Shown here: piece by piece, positions 47,604-60,640 of the stretch | How the letters are laid out: every line of letters starts with the position of its first letter | How positions within the stretch are numbered: position 1 is the first letter of the stretch | From: Malacoraja senta | Taxonomy: Eukaryota | Assembly: GCA_038087875.1 (NCBI GenBank) | Contig: CM075995.1 | Location: 3,350,001-3,414,000, forward strand | Direction: 5' to 3' | Length of the DNA: 64,000 nucleotides | Position numbers and translations under genes: made by a program | Notes under the pieces: model-generated | What the model was told of the DNA's origin: nothing | The model's database searches: none | The model's input: the letters and a program-made list of their open reading frames with translations, nothing else

Positions 47604-48649
47604 TTGGGTGCCAGCATCACACGGGAGGGCTGGTCACCAACGCAATATTCCACCTCTCCACCAATTCCAATATTGCTCGCAAGTGGGGGGGGGCTCTATG
47701 TTGCGCTAGTTAGGGTGTTGCGGGCCGAAGGTACTGGTTTCCACAGGGTTAGTATTGACATTGTGGGCCGAATGGATTCTTGGGCTGGCAGCCAACTGTT
47801 GCAACGATTTTAAAAGCCAAGCCAAGGCAAACAATTTGGCTGCAGCCACCTGACAACCAAAATTCATTTTGTGAATACAAACTTTTTTTAAAGGTGAGGC
47901 AAACAATTGGGCTGCAGCCACCTGACAACCACAATTCATTTTGTGAACACAAATGTTTTTAAAAAGGCGAGGCAAACAATTGGGCTGCAGCCATCTGACA
48001 ACCAAAATTCATTTTGTGAAAACAAACTTTTTAAAAAGGCGAGGCAAACAATTGGGCTGCAGCCACCAGACAACCAAAATTCATTTTGTGAACACAAACT
48101 TTAAAAAAAAAGGCGAGGCAAACAATTGGGGTGCAGCCACCTGACAACCAAAATTCATTTTGTGAACAAAAACGTTTTTAAAAGGTGAGGCAAACAATTG
48201 GGCAGCAGTCACCTGACAACCAAAATTCATTTTGTGAACACAAACTTTTTAAAAAGTCAAGGCAAACAATTGGGCAGCAGCCACTTTACAGCCACATCGA
48301 GGGGACTCACCGTAGAGTAGACGTGCGTTCAGTGTTATTCGCAGCTCAGAGAGCCGTGACCCTCTCGCTTCCTGGGTCTGGCAGAGACTGAGTGAGGCAC
48401 TACACTTCCGGTTTTTATAGTCCCACCCCCCTGCCACCAGCGGGGGCAGCAGAGAGAATGGCGATTTTTTTTCAAAACATTAATATATCTCTGATTTTTC
48501 ATCGATGGGAAAAATCCTCCAGTCACGGAAGGCGGAGGGGGGCTCTGAACGAGGTGGCCAAAAATGACGGCTGTAGGTGGCGGCGTTCTCTCGGAAATCG
48601 CAGCACAGTGGGCCAAAAGCGGTCAAGAACAGACTTTTAGTAATATAGA
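47602..48649 (-). mobile_element. Non-autonomous Helitron, copy 3 (extreme 3' end eroded), in a (TA)n tract
   Basis: 5' A|TCTATATTACTAAAAG at 48649; 3'-proximal cacgggagggctggtc..gcaatattccacctctccaccaattcc shared with copies 2 and 4. Confidence 0.85.
47820..48285 (+). repeat. ~72-bp tandem array in Helitron
   Basis: aggcgaggcaaacaattgggctgcagccacctgacaaccaaaattcattttgtgaacacaaactttttaaaa x ~6.5. Confidence 0.9.
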
Positions 48650-49154
48650 TGTATATATATATATATATGGGTATGTTGTGAGTACGTGTATATATACACA
48701 CTGAGCTTTTCATCTCTCTCTCGTTTGTCATATTATATTATGTTTACATATTCTGTTGTGCTGCAGCAAGTAAGAATTTCATTGTGCTATCTAGGACATA
48801 TGTCAATAAAAAACTTTTTTGACTCTCTCTTGACTCTTGACACTTGGATACAAACATGGATCGAAATATTTAAAGACATTTGGGCAGGTAAATGGATAGG
48901 AAAGTTGTAGAGAGATAAAGCCAAACACAGGTAAAGAGGATTTGCGCAGAGGGGCAACGTAATCAGCACTGACGAGTTGGGCCGAATGGCCTGATTTTGT
49001 ACGATATGAATCTATGACTAGTCTTGGTGTGGAAGGTGTGTAGAAAGTGATAGAAAACTGTTGGGAATGATTATACTTTCTCATTCGCACTGACAGATAA
49101 TATAAATCAATTGCAGATAGTTTACAGACATTAGTGTCAAATGTATTCACATCA

Positions 49155-49480
49155 AAGAGTCATCGAGTCACACTGTCTTACAGCGTGGAAACAGGCCCTT
49201 CAGCCCAACTTGCCCACATCAGCCAACATGTCCCATCTACACTAGTCCCACCTGCCTGCATTTGGCCCATATCTCTCGAAACCTGTCCTATCCATGTGCC
49301 TGTCCAAATGTTTCTAAAACGTTGTGATAGTCCCTGCCTCAACTACCTCCTCTGACAGCTTGGTCCAAACACCTACCACCCACTGTGTGTAAAAGCTACC
49401 CCTCAGGTTCCTATTCAATTCCCCCCCTCCCCCCACCTCACCTTAAACCTGTATCCTCTGGACCTCGATTCCCCTACTCT
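49155..49480 (-). mobile_element. CR1 3' fragment
   Basis: Subfamily A 3' end, reverse complement. Confidence 0.82.
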
Positions 49481-50404
49481 TATCGTTAAAATAATTGTTG
49501 AACCAGCCTGAGCTTGGGAACTCTGGTTGCAAGGGCTGGTGGCTTCTTGAGTAAGCAGCTTTAGAGTGGAGGGTGGACCTGGGGTCAGTAAAAATGTTTA
49601 TGTGCCGTGGAGTTTTTTGGAGTGGCAGATAAATGACTTCACGATAGGAAGACCCAATGCTGATTCCACGTTAAGTCACTGACAGCAATGTGTGTATCCT
49701 TCTTTTGAAAAGAGATAGGGTTAATGATGCGCTTACCAAAGGAGTTGAAGAAAAGGTCATTCTATTGTGTCTGTGGAAGATCCTGTGTTACTTGCCTTCC
49801 TGAGTCGATCTGGTCTCCAAGTACTTGACCTGTTCAACATTCCAGCACCATCGAAACTTGTTTTGTTTTACAATTCATTCTTGATCACTTTAGATTAGTT
49901 TGGAGACACAGCGCTAAACACATCTCTAAACACAAATAAAATCATCACCTTTGTCCTCACTGATCCATACGCCTTGCATTTAAGTCCTTATCTTAAATTT
50001 CTTTGTCTTTCATTTTCCTTATATCTGCACTCTCCATACATTCTGAATCGCCTCACACCGGAACCTCATCACATGCCTTTGTTTCCACTCTGTTTCATAT
50101 CCCCTTTAGTGGAGAAGTCTTCTCGGAATTTGCGCCTTGCCCTCTTGCAGTGCCTTGCACTGATGCATTCCTTAATTCTGCATTCTTACACTCATTCATT
50201 TCACTTCATGAATTCCAACTCAACAAACATTGCATTGATCAAGTCTTCAGCAACCTATCTCTAGTTCCACACCTGCGTTGTACGAAATACTTGTCAAATG
50301 CCTTGATACATTCTTTACATGACAGGTGACTACGAGTTGTTTGAAAATGAAGGCCTGCCGAAGTACTGTGATGATGCATGAACTTATTGCTCAAAATATC
50401 TAAT

Positions 50405-51277
50405 GGCCACGGTGGCGCAGCGGTAGAGTTGCTGCCTTAGAGTGCTTGCAGCGCCGGAGTCCCCGGTTCGATCCCAACTATGGGTGCTGCCTGTACGGAG
50501 TTTGTACGTCCTCCCCGTGACCACGTGGGTTTTGTCCAAGATGGAGACATAGAGTCATTGAGTGATACAGTGTGCAAATAGGCCCTTCGGCCCAACTCGC
50601 CCACACCGGCCAACAATGTCCCAGCTACACCACTCCCACTTGCCTGCGCTTGGTCCATATACCGCCAAACCTGTCTGATCCATGTACCTGTCTATCTGTT
50701 TCTTAAACGATGGAATAGTCCCAACCTCAACTACCTCCTCTTGCAGCTTGTTCCATACACCCACTACCCTCTGTGTGAAAAAGTTATTCCTCGGATTCCT
50801 ATTAAATCTTTCCCCCTTCACCTTGAACCTATGTCCTCTGGTCCTCGATTCCCCTTCTCCGGGCAAAAGACTCTGTGCATCTACCCGATCTATTCCTCTC
50901 ATGATTTTGTATACCTCTATAAGATCTCCCCTCATCCTCCTGTGCTCCATGGAATAGAGACCCAGCCTACTCAACCTCTCCCTGTACCTCACACCGTCTA
51001 TTCCTGGCAACATCCTCGTAAATCTTTTCTGAACTCTTTCAAGCTTGACAAAATCTTTCCTATAACATGGTGCCCTGAACTGAACTGAACACAATATTCC
51101 TCCCACACTCCAAAGACGTACAGGTATGTAGGTTAATTGGCTTGGTATAAATGTAAAAATTGTCCCTAGTATGTGTCGGATAGTGTTAATGCATGGGGAT
51201 CACTGGTTGGTGTGGACTCGGTGAGCCCAAGGGCCTGTTCCTGTGCTGTATCTCTAAACTAAACTAAACTAAACTAA
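50405..51277 (+). mobile_element. HE1/V-SINE interrupted by an antisense CR1 fragment (~50546-51097)
   Basis: SINE head 50405-50545, V-domain resumes ttcctcccacactccaaag; insert encodes CVQFRAPCYRKD..RMRGDLIEVYK on the minus strand. Confidence 0.88.
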
Positions 51278-51348
51278 TATCTTGTGGTACACAAAAATGC
51301 TGGAGAAACTCAGCGGGTGCAGCAGCATCTATGGAGCAAAGGAAATAG

Positions 51349-51380
51349 GCAACGTTTCGGGCCGAAACCCTTCTTCAGAC
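51349..51380 (-). ncRNA. Minimal hammerhead ribozyme core (Penelope pLTR 51285-51380)
   Basis: Minus strand reads GUCUGAAGAAGGGUUUCGGCCCGAAACGUUGCC, identical to the 42788 copy. Confidence 0.7.
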
Positions 51381-51421
51381 ATCTTGTGGTATTTTGAGTC
51401 TACAGTTTACTTGACTCTATT

Positions 51422-52376
51422 GTGGTGGGTTGCGCCAGCAATGGCCGCCTCGCCAACAGTCTGTCTGTCGATTCCTTCTTTGTTGTTCTTTTAGTATATG
51501 TTAAATGAATGTTTTAGTGTTCTTTAGTTTGTTTTATGTGGGGGGTGGGGGTGTAAATAGCTCGTTCTAAGCTTCCCCCCAGTCTAGTTTCAGTCAATAA
51601 AATACTGAGTCAAGCACTTATGCATCTAAACTTTAATTTGGAAAAATACAATCACAGTTCCCACTACTATACCTAACCATCGCGGGTTCGATCCTTGTAT
51701 CTGCCTGGCCAAGCCCTCCTAGCCTCGTTCAAGCAGAGACACTCCAGAAGGTCACGCAGTCCTAAGTGTTCTCCCAGAAGATCGACACAGGACCTCGTTT
51801 GAGTGGCCTTTTATAGGTCCCCGAACCTTGAGGGGCCGAACCACATGGGGGTGGTCTCTATACAGTCCAATAACAGATATCGATTAACACAGTACATGAT
51901 AGACATTTCCCTGCAACTTAAAAGAGATGAATTATGCAACATGTGCCTTGATAGTCAGGAAACCCAGACAAGGCTCAACACTTAACACAATCAACATCTA
52001 GCAAAGTAAAGCTTTGCAACATTATTTACAATGTGTATGTCTGGTTTGCATTCATCCAATCCGTTCCATACAATTTACACTTAATTGTCAGAATCTGCAG
52101 ATGTTACATTCTCTTCCTGCAACTCTTATCTAGGCTCTAGACAAACTGACACCATTCTGCAGCTTGTCCCATTTCTGCAGAAGGCACATTTAAATTGACC
52201 AAATGGCCTAGCAGCCCAGAAGCCTTTACTCAATTTTAGTGTCCTGGCCTCTCCAATTTGGCCAGAATTAACGGGGGGGACTCATTTAAAAAATCTCTTA
52301 CCTGGACGGAGATGCGATTATTTTCCTTACCGTAACTATGTCCGCAGTACGGCCTAATATCGAGGAGTTGGCGGTC
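51422..52376 (+). mobile_element. 5' part of the GC-rich retroposon family, split by a solo LTR
   Basis: gcctcgccaacagtctgtctg, T-rich tract and G-run; resumes ggggactc..tctcttacctggacggagatgcg. Confidence 0.7.
51552..52273 (-). mobile_element. Solo LTR (ERV-like), ~720 bp
   Basis: TGTAAA at one end and ..TTAAC(G) at the other, G-run flanks on both sides; on the minus strand TATAAAAG (~51815) lies upstream of ATTAAA (~51635); interrupts another repeat. Confidence 0.65.
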
Positions 52377-52704
52377 ACTTGCTGGGTCCAGCCCAGAAAT
52401 GTGACCTATCATCATCTCCAGAGATGCAGCATGACCCACTGAGCTACTCCCGCACATTGCGTCTTTGTTTTGCTATGCTAAGTTATACCAAGGTAAGAGG
52501 AAGCTCAAGTGGACCATTAGCAAAGCTAAGATAGACACAAAATGTTGGAGTAACTCAGAGTGTCAGACAGCCTGTTATGACTAAAGGTGTCAGGGGTAAT
52601 GGGGAGAAGGCAGGAAAATGGGGTTGAGAGGGAAAGATAGATCAGCCATGATTGCATGGCGGAGTAGACTTGATGGGCCGAATGGCCTAATTCTGCTCCT
52701 ATAA

Positions 52705-54198
52705 TAGACAAAAGGTGCAGGAGTAGGCCATTCGACCCTACGAGCCAGCACCGGCATTCACTGTGATGATCTAGGTATGTTACAAAACTTACCTTCAGTG
52801 GCGCTGCAGTTCTGTCACTGGCCGTGTGCGCGACTTTGGCGCCTTTGAGAGGAGGGCGGGTTTAAAATGCCGTTTTTTGCCAGCCTGTTGAAATCGATTT
52901 TTGTCAGGCTGTTTAGCTGCTGAAGAATAATCATTCGGACATCGGTTTTATTAATTTTTTTTAAAAACTGCACTGGATATTTTAATAGCAGGAGTAATTT
53001 TAAAAGCAACTTTTAAAGCCGTCAACACCGACAACGGGGACGGATTTCACGTACGGGACAGGTAAAGGAAAGCCGTTTATTTTACATATAAACGTGCTTC
53101 ATAGGATGCCTTTAATCAAAATTTTACGTTGCGAAAAGGTGACTTAGGACCCATACGAACCGGCAGTGTTTTTCCTGCTGATAAGGGGTTTAAATTCACT
53201 GCAACTGCAACGTTCCAAACGATCGCGTTCCACAAAAACCCACTAGCAAGATGATTAAAATGCCCATTAATTTACGGGAATTAAACACTAAATTCCTTCC
53301 ATTTGGCCTATAAATTCATGACATTGAGATTTAAAAATCATGTTATATTGTGAATTCTTGTGTGAATGTTATTTGGACACTGAGGCTATTTAAAAATGTT
53401 AACCTTTTCTTAAGAAATTGATAGATGTTTAGATCTAGTAATTGAATTTTGTAATTAGCTACAATTAGGTAACTAACTAATTATATGCTTTAATTTCAGG
53501 TCATCCAAGTAAGATTGTTTCATATTTGTTTCCAAATGCTTCAATCTATAATAACTGAAAATTTCATTCAGTTCTCTTAGTTTTTAAGAAAGTTATGGGC
53601 TTTTGACTGTCCTTGATCACAGCTTTTGAGTTAAGAATGGAAAAGCAATAAGGAACAAGATGCTAATTTCCGAGTATGAAAATGGCCATAACTTTTTTAA
53701 TACTGAAGATATGAAAGTGAATTAGGTGTCAAATTAAACTTCTTTTTATGTTTTATCTGATGGGATAAATTGCAGACTTGATTTTTAAAATCTCAAAATT
53801 TTGTAACATTGCTGGATGATCATGGCTGATCATCCACACTCAGTACCCCGTTCCTGCCTTTTCCCCATATCCCCTGACTCCGCGATCTTTAAGAGCTCTA
53901 TCCAACTCTCTCTTGAAAGCATACAGAGAATTGGCCCCCACTGTCTTCTGAGGCAGAGAATTCCATAGATTCACAACCCTCTGTGTGAAAACGTTTTTCC
54001 TCATCTCCGTTCTTAAAGGCTTACCCCTTATTCTTAAAGTGTGGCCCCTGGTTCTGGACTCCCCCAACATCGGGAACATGTTTCCTGCGTCTAGCGTGTC
54101 CAAACCCGTAACAATCTTATATGTTTCAATAAGATACCCTCTCATCCTTCTAAACTCCAGAGTATTCAAGCCCAGCCGCTCCATTCTATCAACATATG
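52705..54198 (-). mobile_element. CR1 3' fragment (52705-52771 and 53815-54198)
   Basis: ERLGLNTLEFRRMRGYLIETYK..GTGY. Confidence 0.88.
52772..53814 (-). mobile_element. Non-autonomous DNA transposon, 1043 bp, 7-bp TSD (copy 2)
   Basis: Perfect TSD GATGATC (52765-52771, 53815-53821); interrupts a CR1 3' UTR; inverted colinear match to 13474-14514. Confidence 0.88.
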
Positions 54199-54619
54199 AC
54201 TTGTGATTCCATGCTGCAATTGGGTGGAAAATGAACCAGCATGAAACGTTCAATGCAAACAGAGGGGCCTGAGAAGGTATTGAAGAAAGCATTAAAGGAC
54301 CTAATTGGTGCAGGATCAGTGAATGTGGAGAGGTTGTCCCGCTCCAAGCAGTTAGTTTGGATGTAACAAAACATGGTAATGGCTTTTAAATGAATGCTTT
54401 CAGCACAAACTCTGAGAGATCTGATAAGTGAGTTCTTCGAGTATAGATTTTGCTGATTGCTCTGTTGCACTGGGTATCCCATGCCTCTCAACAAAGGCAT
54501 AAAAATGAAATGGCCTGCCATTTAAATGGGTGTTCAGATGACTGGTCAAGATACAGGAATGTTTTTTTAAAAAGAGGAGTTTGTACAAACCTAATTCATC
54601 AACAATAAATTCAGAGCAC

Positions 54620-55282
54620 TTTAGACTTTAGATTTTATAGATACAGTGTGGAAACAGACCTTTCGACCGACTGAGTCCGCGCCGACCAGCGATCCCCACA
54701 CACTAACACTATCCTACACACACTAGGGACAATTTACAATTATACCAAGCCAATTAGCCTACAAACCTGTACGTCTTTGGAGTGTGGGAGGAAACCGGAG
54801 ATCTCGGAGAAAACCCACGCAGGTCACTTGGAGAACATACAGACAGCACCCGTAGTCAGGATCGAACCCGCATCTCTGTCGTTGTAGGGCAATAACTCTA
54901 CCACTGCGGCAATACAGGATTTTTTTTTAAAAGAGGAGTTTATAAACATACTAGTGCATTACCAAAGATACTGCAGAGCATTTTAAACGTTCGACTTTAG
55001 AGACACAGCGTGGAAACAGGCCCTTCAACCGACCGAACCCACACCGACCAGCGATCAACCATTCATTAGTTCTATCCTACACATTAGCACCAATTTGCAG
55101 AGCCAGTTAACCTACAAACCTGCACGTCTTTGGAACATGGGAGGAAACCGGAGCACACGGAGAAAGCCCACGCGGTCACAGGGAGAATGTACAAGCTCTG
55201 CACAGACAGCATCAGAGTCAGGATCAAACCCGTGTCACTGGTGCTGCAAGGCGGCAACTCTACTGCTGCGCCACCGTGCCAC
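54620..55282 (-). mobile_element. Two tandem HE1/V-SINEs (54620-54910, 54995-55282)
   Basis: Both have tail, V-domain and head; similar short flanks (ttttttaaaa.gaggagttt..cagagca.ttta) precede both. Confidence 0.85.
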
Positions 55283-55527
55283 CCCACCCACCCTACTTCT
55301 AGTATAATGATGTGATATGTAGACAAATCCATCATCTATGGGGAACGTCAAGATCCCTCAAGCAATGAGATGAATGTTAACCTGTAATTATTGTTTTGGT
55401 GGAGTTGTTCGAGAGAAAAATGTTGGCTACATACTGTACATATACAAAAACAATTTTCATGTTTACACTTGGCAGCAGCTACAGGGGAGCAACAATAGTG
55501 CCAGGTCTAATTCTACTCTGAGTGAAG

Positions 55528-55912
55528 GGTAAGATAGACACAAAATGCTGGAGTAACTTAGCGGGCCAGGCAGCATCTCTGGATAGAAGGAATGGTTGAC
55601 GTGTCGGGTCGAGACCCTTCTTCAGACTGAGAGTCAGGGGAGAGGGAGATACAGAGATTGCTGCCTGTCCCACTGAGTTACTCCAGCATTTTGTGTCTAT
55701 CTTCGGTTTAAACAGCATCTGCAAGTTCCTTCCTACACACTGAGTGAAACGTATATTGTCATCCCTGTCTGAATATTGTCTGAAGAAGGGTCTCGACCCC
55801 GCAACGTCACCCATTCCTTCTCTCCAGAGATCCCGCCTGTCCCGCTGAGTTACTCCAGTATTTTGTGTCTATCTTCGATTTAAACCAGCATCTGCAGTTT
55901 CTTCCTACACAA
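55528..55912. mobile_element. Inverted and tandem Penelope pLTR cluster
   Basis: 55528-55628 (-) faces 55658-55738 (+); another copy at 55778-55912 (+). Confidence 0.82.
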
Positions 55913-56147
55913 AGAGTGAAACATGTATTGCCAATCCCTGTTCATTACTGAGGTGAAATCTGGTAACTCGCTCCTGCGGGAATTTATTTCCCACAAAGAG
56001 AAGCAGTTGAAGAAGAGCCAGTCTTCTCAAGGGTGCTTCAAGCTGGAACGGACTCTCAGCTTGCCAGCAAAGCCCAGATCCAGAGAATAAATCAACGAAT
56101 CATCCACAGTTTGGTTTTCACCTTCATACAATTCTGATCAAAGCAGA

Positions 56148-56460
56148 AGTTTAGTTTAATTTGGAGATACAACGCGGAAACAGGCCCTTCGAGTCCGCAT
56201 TGACCGCCGATCCCCGCACACCAACACTATTCTACACACACTAGGGACAATTTACAATTTTTACACCAAGCCAATTAACCTGCAACCCTGTACGTCTTTG
56301 GAGTTTGGGAGGACACTGGCGATCTCGGAGAAAACCCATGCAGGTCATGGGGAGAACGTACAAGCTCCGTGCAGACAGCACTCGTAGTCGGGATCGAACC
56401 CAGGTCTTTGGCGTTGTAAACGCTGTAAGGCAGCAATTCTACTGCTGCGACACCGTGCCG
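56148..56460 (-). mobile_element. HE1/V-SINE
   Basis: Complete head, V-domain and tail. Confidence 0.88.
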
Positions 56461-58029
56461 ACCTCTGTTATCACCACTTTTTCAGGTCTTTTTTTTGGTT
56501 AGTAATCATCAAAGTTTTTGTCTGATGTGAAAAGCTCCTTGAGATGTCAGGGTTATGGGGAGAAGGCAGGTGAATGGGGTTAAGAGGGAAAGATAGATCA
56601 GCCATGATTGAATGGCAGAGTAGACTTGATGGACCGAATAACCTAATTCTGCTACTATCAACTATGAATTTATGAACTTATGAAAACTACACAAGCAGAA
56701 CTTTTCTTCATTCATCAGACCAAATCCATTTTCACCAAGTCCTCTCCAATAACATCCTTTCCATATCCATTGAATCCACCCCTCTCCTTGCCAACTGTCT
56801 GAAAGTGAATCAGACTATCCAGTCTGAAGAAGGGTTCAAGCCCGAAACATCACCTTTCCATGAGGAGATGAGGAGGAATTTTAGTAGTCAGTGGGTGGTA
56901 GATAAGGAATTCATTGCCGCCGCCGACTGCGGAGGCCAAGTCAATGGATGTTTTTAAGATGGAGATGGACAGATTATTTATTAGTAAAGCTGTCAGGGTT
57001 TATCGGAAGAATGGGGTTGAGAGGGAAAGGTAGATTCGCCATGATTGAATGGTGGAGTAGACTTGATGAGCCAAATAGCCTAATTCTGCTCCTACGTATG
57101 AACCTCCACCTGACCTGCTGAGTTACTCCAGCATTTTGTGTCTCTCTTTGATATAAACCAGAGTCTGCAGTTCTGTTTCATTACAGACTATTCACAACCT
57201 TGCTGTCACATTTGACCCTGTGATGAAACTAAGAACACATATTCATGCCATCACTAAGTTCAACTAATTCCACCTCTGAATATAGGCTCACCTCCACCCT
57301 TGTCTGAGTTCAGTTACTGACGCAAATGTCATCTAAAACTTGTCACTTTTGTCACATAGGTTGCAATGGGACTCAAACCAAAATGTTGACCGTCCTCTTT
57401 CCCTCCACTGATGCTGCCTGATCCGTTGAGTTCCTCCAGCAGCTCTTCCCCTTTTTCTCATTCCAGATTCCAGCACCTGCAGTGTATTGTGCCCCCTTGT
57501 TACCGCTCACATTCAATGGCTCTGATCCATTCCTGGTTGCCCTCCTTCACTCTCCTTCGGCCAATTTGGGTTATCCAAAACTCAGTCTGCAGAAGGGTCT
57601 CGACCCAAAACGTCACACATTCCTTCTCCCAAGAGATGCTGTCTGTCCCGCTGAGTTACTCCAGCTTTTTGTGTCTATCTTCGGTTTAAACCAGCATCTG
57701 CAGTTCTTTCCTTCACACTCTATTACTGTGTCCTAACACATCAGATTCCATTCACTCGTTCTCCCAGTTCTCCCAAATACTCTCAGTTAAGTCGTAATTT
57801 TAAAGTGACTGTCCCTTCTTCAAATACCCTAATACACTGGACACCATTGAACTCTCCATTCTCTCTGTAAAATAGACCAGCCAGATAACCCTTCAATTAG
57901 TCTATGGCCATCCAATTCTGGCACAATGATCATCCACTAATGTTATTGCTTCAACTACTTAGATATCGGGGCATTGGTTTTATCTTTTTGCACTATTATT
58001 TTTTGCTTGTTGTTTTTATGTGTATGTAA

Positions 58030-58192
58030 GTGTGTATAATGTAGAATTTATATATACACAAAAAAAACGTTTGGTATATATATATATATAAAGTTCAGTA
58101 TACATATATATCTATATCTATATATATCTATATATGCAGAATATTTAAACACAGTACTCTGTAACCAATATAATAAATGAAAAAAAAAGTTA

Positions 58193-58230
<38 letters not shown>

Positions 58231-58494
58231 TGTGTGTGTGTGTGTGTGCGTAAATGTGTATACAGAACTTTTTTCTCATTCATATATATTATAATATATT
58301 ATATATATTATATTATATATCTATATATTTATATATATATTATATATATATGGAAACAAGAAAAGAATATAAATATATATATATACACACATATACAAAA
58401 ATCATATGATCTGACGATTACTGATGTGGTTTAGAGTGAAATTTTTAATGCTCTAGTGAAAGTGTATAGATATAGATATAGATATATAGATATA
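58030..58494 (+). repeat. AT-rich low-complexity (TA)n/(TG)n region
   Basis: Direct reading. Confidence 0.9.
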
Positions 58495-58719
58495 CTAGAC
58501 TAAGTGGGACCCGTTGGGTCCCATGTTCACACGGGAGGGCTGGTCCCCCAATGCAATATTCCACCTCTCCACCAATTCCATTATTGGTGGCCTGTGGGGG
58601 GGCTTTCTGGAGTGCTGGTATGGGTTCTTGGGGTGGCAGCTCAGTCCCTCAAGCCTGATGTGCTGGCAGCTCACTCACGGCTGGTGGGCTGGCAGTTGAC
58701 TCGTGGCTATTCCTTGAAA

Positions 58720-59220
58720 TTCCATTTCAAGCAGGGTGCAAGGCCACCAAATTCAAATCCATGTTCCTACCACTTCAAGCAGGGTGCAAGGCCACTGAAT
58801 TCAAGTGCAGTTTCCTACCACTTCAAGCAGGGTGCAAGGCCACCGAATTCAAGTGCACTTTCCAACCACTTCAAGCAGGGTGCAAGGCCACCATATTCAA
58901 GTGCAGTTTCATACCACTTCAAGCTGGATCCAAGGCCACCATATTCAAGTGCAGTTGCATACCACTTTCAACAGGGTGCAAGGCCACCAAATTCATTGCA
59001 GTTTCATCCCATTTCAAGCAGGGTGCAAGGCCGTCAAATTCAAGTGCAGTTTCATTCCACTTCAAGCAGGGTGCAAGGCCACCAAATTCAAGTGCAGTTT
59101 CATACCATTTCAAGCAGGGTGCAAGGCCACCAAATTCAAGTGCTGCTTCATACCATTTCATGCAGGGTGCAACGCCACCACATTCAAATGCAGTTTCATA
59201 CCATTTCAAGCAAGGTGAAA
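58720..59220 (+). repeat. 48-bp tandem array in Helitron
   Basis: Reverse complement of the 18832-19285 unit, x ~10. Confidence 0.9.
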
Positions 59221-59599
59221 CCACCATAAAACCACCATAAAACCACACAAAACACCAAACTCACAGTTCAGTAGACATTCAGTGTGTTCAGTTGATTCAC
59301 AGCTCAGACAGAGTCGTGACCTCTCCCTCCCCCATCATGCAGAGACTGAGCCACACCCACACTTCAGGGTTTTATAACCCCTCCCCCTCCCACCGAAAAA
59401 GGTGTGGCCTTCATGGCATGATTGACAGGAGAGAGATTCTCAACATTTTTCAAACACTATTAACACTTTTATTTTTCATTGATGGGAAGAATCCTCTGCA
59501 CCTGCTGAGCAGAGGGGAACTGAGTAAGATGGCCAAAAATCACAGCCGTAAGTGGTAGCGTTTTATCTAAAATCAATATAAAGTGCAAACAGGAAGTTA

Positions 59600-59745
59600 C
59601 CCAAAGCACCCAAACCACCATTTGCAGTAGTGCCTTTTAACTTCAAGCCAAAGCACCCAAACCACCATTTGCAGTAGTGCCTTTTAACTTCAAGCCAAAG
59701 CACCCAAACCACCATTTGCAGTAGTGCCTTTTTACTTCAAACCAA
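59600..59745 (+). repeat. 47-bp tandem array in Helitron
   Basis: ccaaagcacccaaaccaccatttgcagtagtgccttttaacttcaag x3. Confidence 0.9.
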
Positions 59746-60640
59746 CCATATTTTCATTTTAAAACCGCATTAAGGGCACTCACAGTTGAGTAGACATGTA
59801 TTCAGTGTTCTTCAGAGCTCAGAGAGACGTGAACTGCTGGCTTCCTCCATCTTGCAGAGACTGAGTGAGGCACACCACCTCCTGGTTTTATAGTCCCTCC
59901 CCCTCCCTCCAGCAGGGGCAGCAGAGAGAATGGCAAATTATTAAAAAACATTAATATCTCTCTGATTTTTCATCGATGGGAAAAATCCTCTGGTCCAGGA
60001 AGGTGGAGGGGGGCTCTGAGCGAGGTGGCCAAAAATAACGGCCGTAGGTGGCGGCGTTCTCTCTGACATCACACCACAGCGAGCCAAAAGTGGTCAAGAT
60101 CAGACTTTTAGTAATATAGATATATATAAACGAGAAAAAAGTTCAGTATACCTATATAGATATATATATATATATAGACAGCTGACAATAAAACCCTCTT
60201 GCCTCTGCGCTCTCTGTCAGTGCTATCTTCAGCTGGCAATGCCCTAAGCTCTGGAAATCCCACCCGAATCTCTGCCTCTTCAATATGCTCCATAAAATCT
60301 ATTTAAAAAAGCTTTGAATCATATGATCTGATTATTACTGATGTGGTTTAGAGTAAGTGCTGGCTTCATAATGCTCTAGTGAAATTTACTGGGCATTTTG
60401 CTACAATAACAGCCCTGTATAAATGCAAGTTATTCCTGTTGTCACTCATTGCTTCTGAATATAGTCGGAACTTATTGGGAATGGCAAACCGCAGGGATCG
60501 GGAAATGTGGAAAACCAGCACAAACATAGAAATTGAACTGCCAATCTCTTGGTTGTGATCCAACATTCATGGTCCGATGGTATTTTGTGAACTTGCTGAA
60601 ATTGGCACGCATTTATGCCGGGGAATCTATCTGCTGTACC

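Larger units (their letters stand above)
58495..60120 (-). mobile_element. Non-autonomous Helitron, copy 4, both termini intact
   Basis: A|CTAGACTAAGTGGGACCCGTTGGGTCCCA at 58495 and ..TAATATAGA|T at 60120; two tandem 5' modules. Confidence 0.9.

Noticed and set aside
52293..52330. U1 snRNA gene or pseudogene
   Set aside because: Similarity is limited to CTTACCTGG..GGAGAT; the rest of U1 (loop I, Sm site) is absent, so it is kept only as a motif in the findings
13474..60120. Large inverted segmental duplication suggested by opposite-strand pairs of the 7-bp-TSD element and the Helitron
   Set aside because: Flanks and TSDs differ and the order is not mirrored; these are independent insertions
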